From NCBI GenBank assembly GCA_965655095.1, contig OZ296659.1, positions 45,260,001 through 45,324,000 on the forward strand: a stretch of 64,000 nt of DNA, in the 5' to 3' direction. Position numbers and translations under genes: made by a program. Origin of the DNA: Haplodiscus bocki. Lineage: Eukaryota. The notes under the pieces were generated by a model. It had not been told where the DNA came from. It saw only the letters and a list, made by a program, of their open reading frames with translations, and made no database searches. The stretch's first letter is position 1. Each line of letters starts with the position of its first letter. Positions 63,482 through 64,000 of the stretch are shown here, one piece after another.

Positions 63482-63873
63482 TGATCCAATTGCTAAAAAA
63501 TTTTCCAGCATTGGAATTTTGAAACACAAGTTTATAGGATCCTTTCCCGCTGATATGATTGCTGAAATTCTGCCTCCTGCTTCTGTTTTATCTGAACACG
63601 GAACGCAGCAAAAGACCCGGTTCACTTTGGGTAATGGTAGCCAAGAAGGTGGAAGTATATATTTTGGAGATTCCCTTGGGAATGATCCAATGTTTTATCG
63701 CAACACAATCTGAAACATTTCATTCTTCTCAAGATTTCCAATCGTGTAGAGTTACAGGAAGCACCATTGTGTGGCCTTTATTTTATTTGTTTCGCAGTTC
63801 CTTGCTCTCAAACTTTCGTCTGTACAATGTCCATGATAATTTCAACTTACGTTTCTTCGCTGAAACACTCTAG
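63474..63873 (+). pseudogene. Adenain-like cysteine protease of element B
   Basis: KFIGSFPAD, NTERSKRPGSLW (His replaced by Leu), IYFGDSLG, LQEAPLCGLY; frameshifted. Confidence 0.85.
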
Positions 63874-64000
63874 ACTGTATATCTACGTGACGATGGAAGT
63901 TTCTGCTTGTTTGTTTTACAACTTTGGTCTCGTGTCTCGTGATGATTTTTCTCCAAAAGTTCTTTTGAATTCCGATGTAGAGAAAAAGAAAATACATGGA

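Larger units (their letters stand above)
52900..64000. mobile_element. Polinton/Maverick element B (left end not located; may continue past the window edge)
   Basis: PolB (-) divergent from ATPase-INT-mCP-core-MCP-PRO (+). Confidence 0.85.

Noticed and set aside
706-63873. The many 60-160 aa ORFs as independent genes
   Set aside because: They are frameshift fragments or antisense frames of decayed Polinton, LINE and LTR genes, or chance ORFs with non-ATG starts.

Overview
AT-rich eukaryotic (probably invertebrate) genomic DNA made up almost entirely of decayed mobile elements around one intact gene. The gene is an anoctamin/TMEM16 (ANO10/TMEM16K-like) with an uninterrupted CDS (23629-25656, +) and a probable 5'UTR intron. 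The dominant signal is a cluster of endogenous Polinton/Maverick (adintovirus-like) proviruses. Element A (6294-21077) still shows 60-bp terminal inverted repeats starting AGTAGT, a 5/6-matching 6-bp target-site duplication and, on the minus strand, remnants of integrase, minor capsid, packaging ATPase, QRGxG core protein, major capsid, adenain-like protease and protein-primed PolB. It appears to sit inside a CR1/L2-like LINE. Element B (~52900-64000) has PolB on the minus strand and ATPase-INT-mCP-core-MCP-PRO on the plus strand. Element D (1-4640) has an MCP end, an integrase and an internally deleted PolB. A very degraded element C (~36500-49900) is weakly supported. Also present: a BEL/Pao LTR 3' fragment, further LINE fragments, five copies of a non-autonomous HINE-like repeat, tRNA-derived repeats, an exact 407-bp tandem duplication and two branched-hairpin clusters near 50.2-50.6 kb. 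Protein calls come from motifs read manually across frameshifts and stops; no database search was run.
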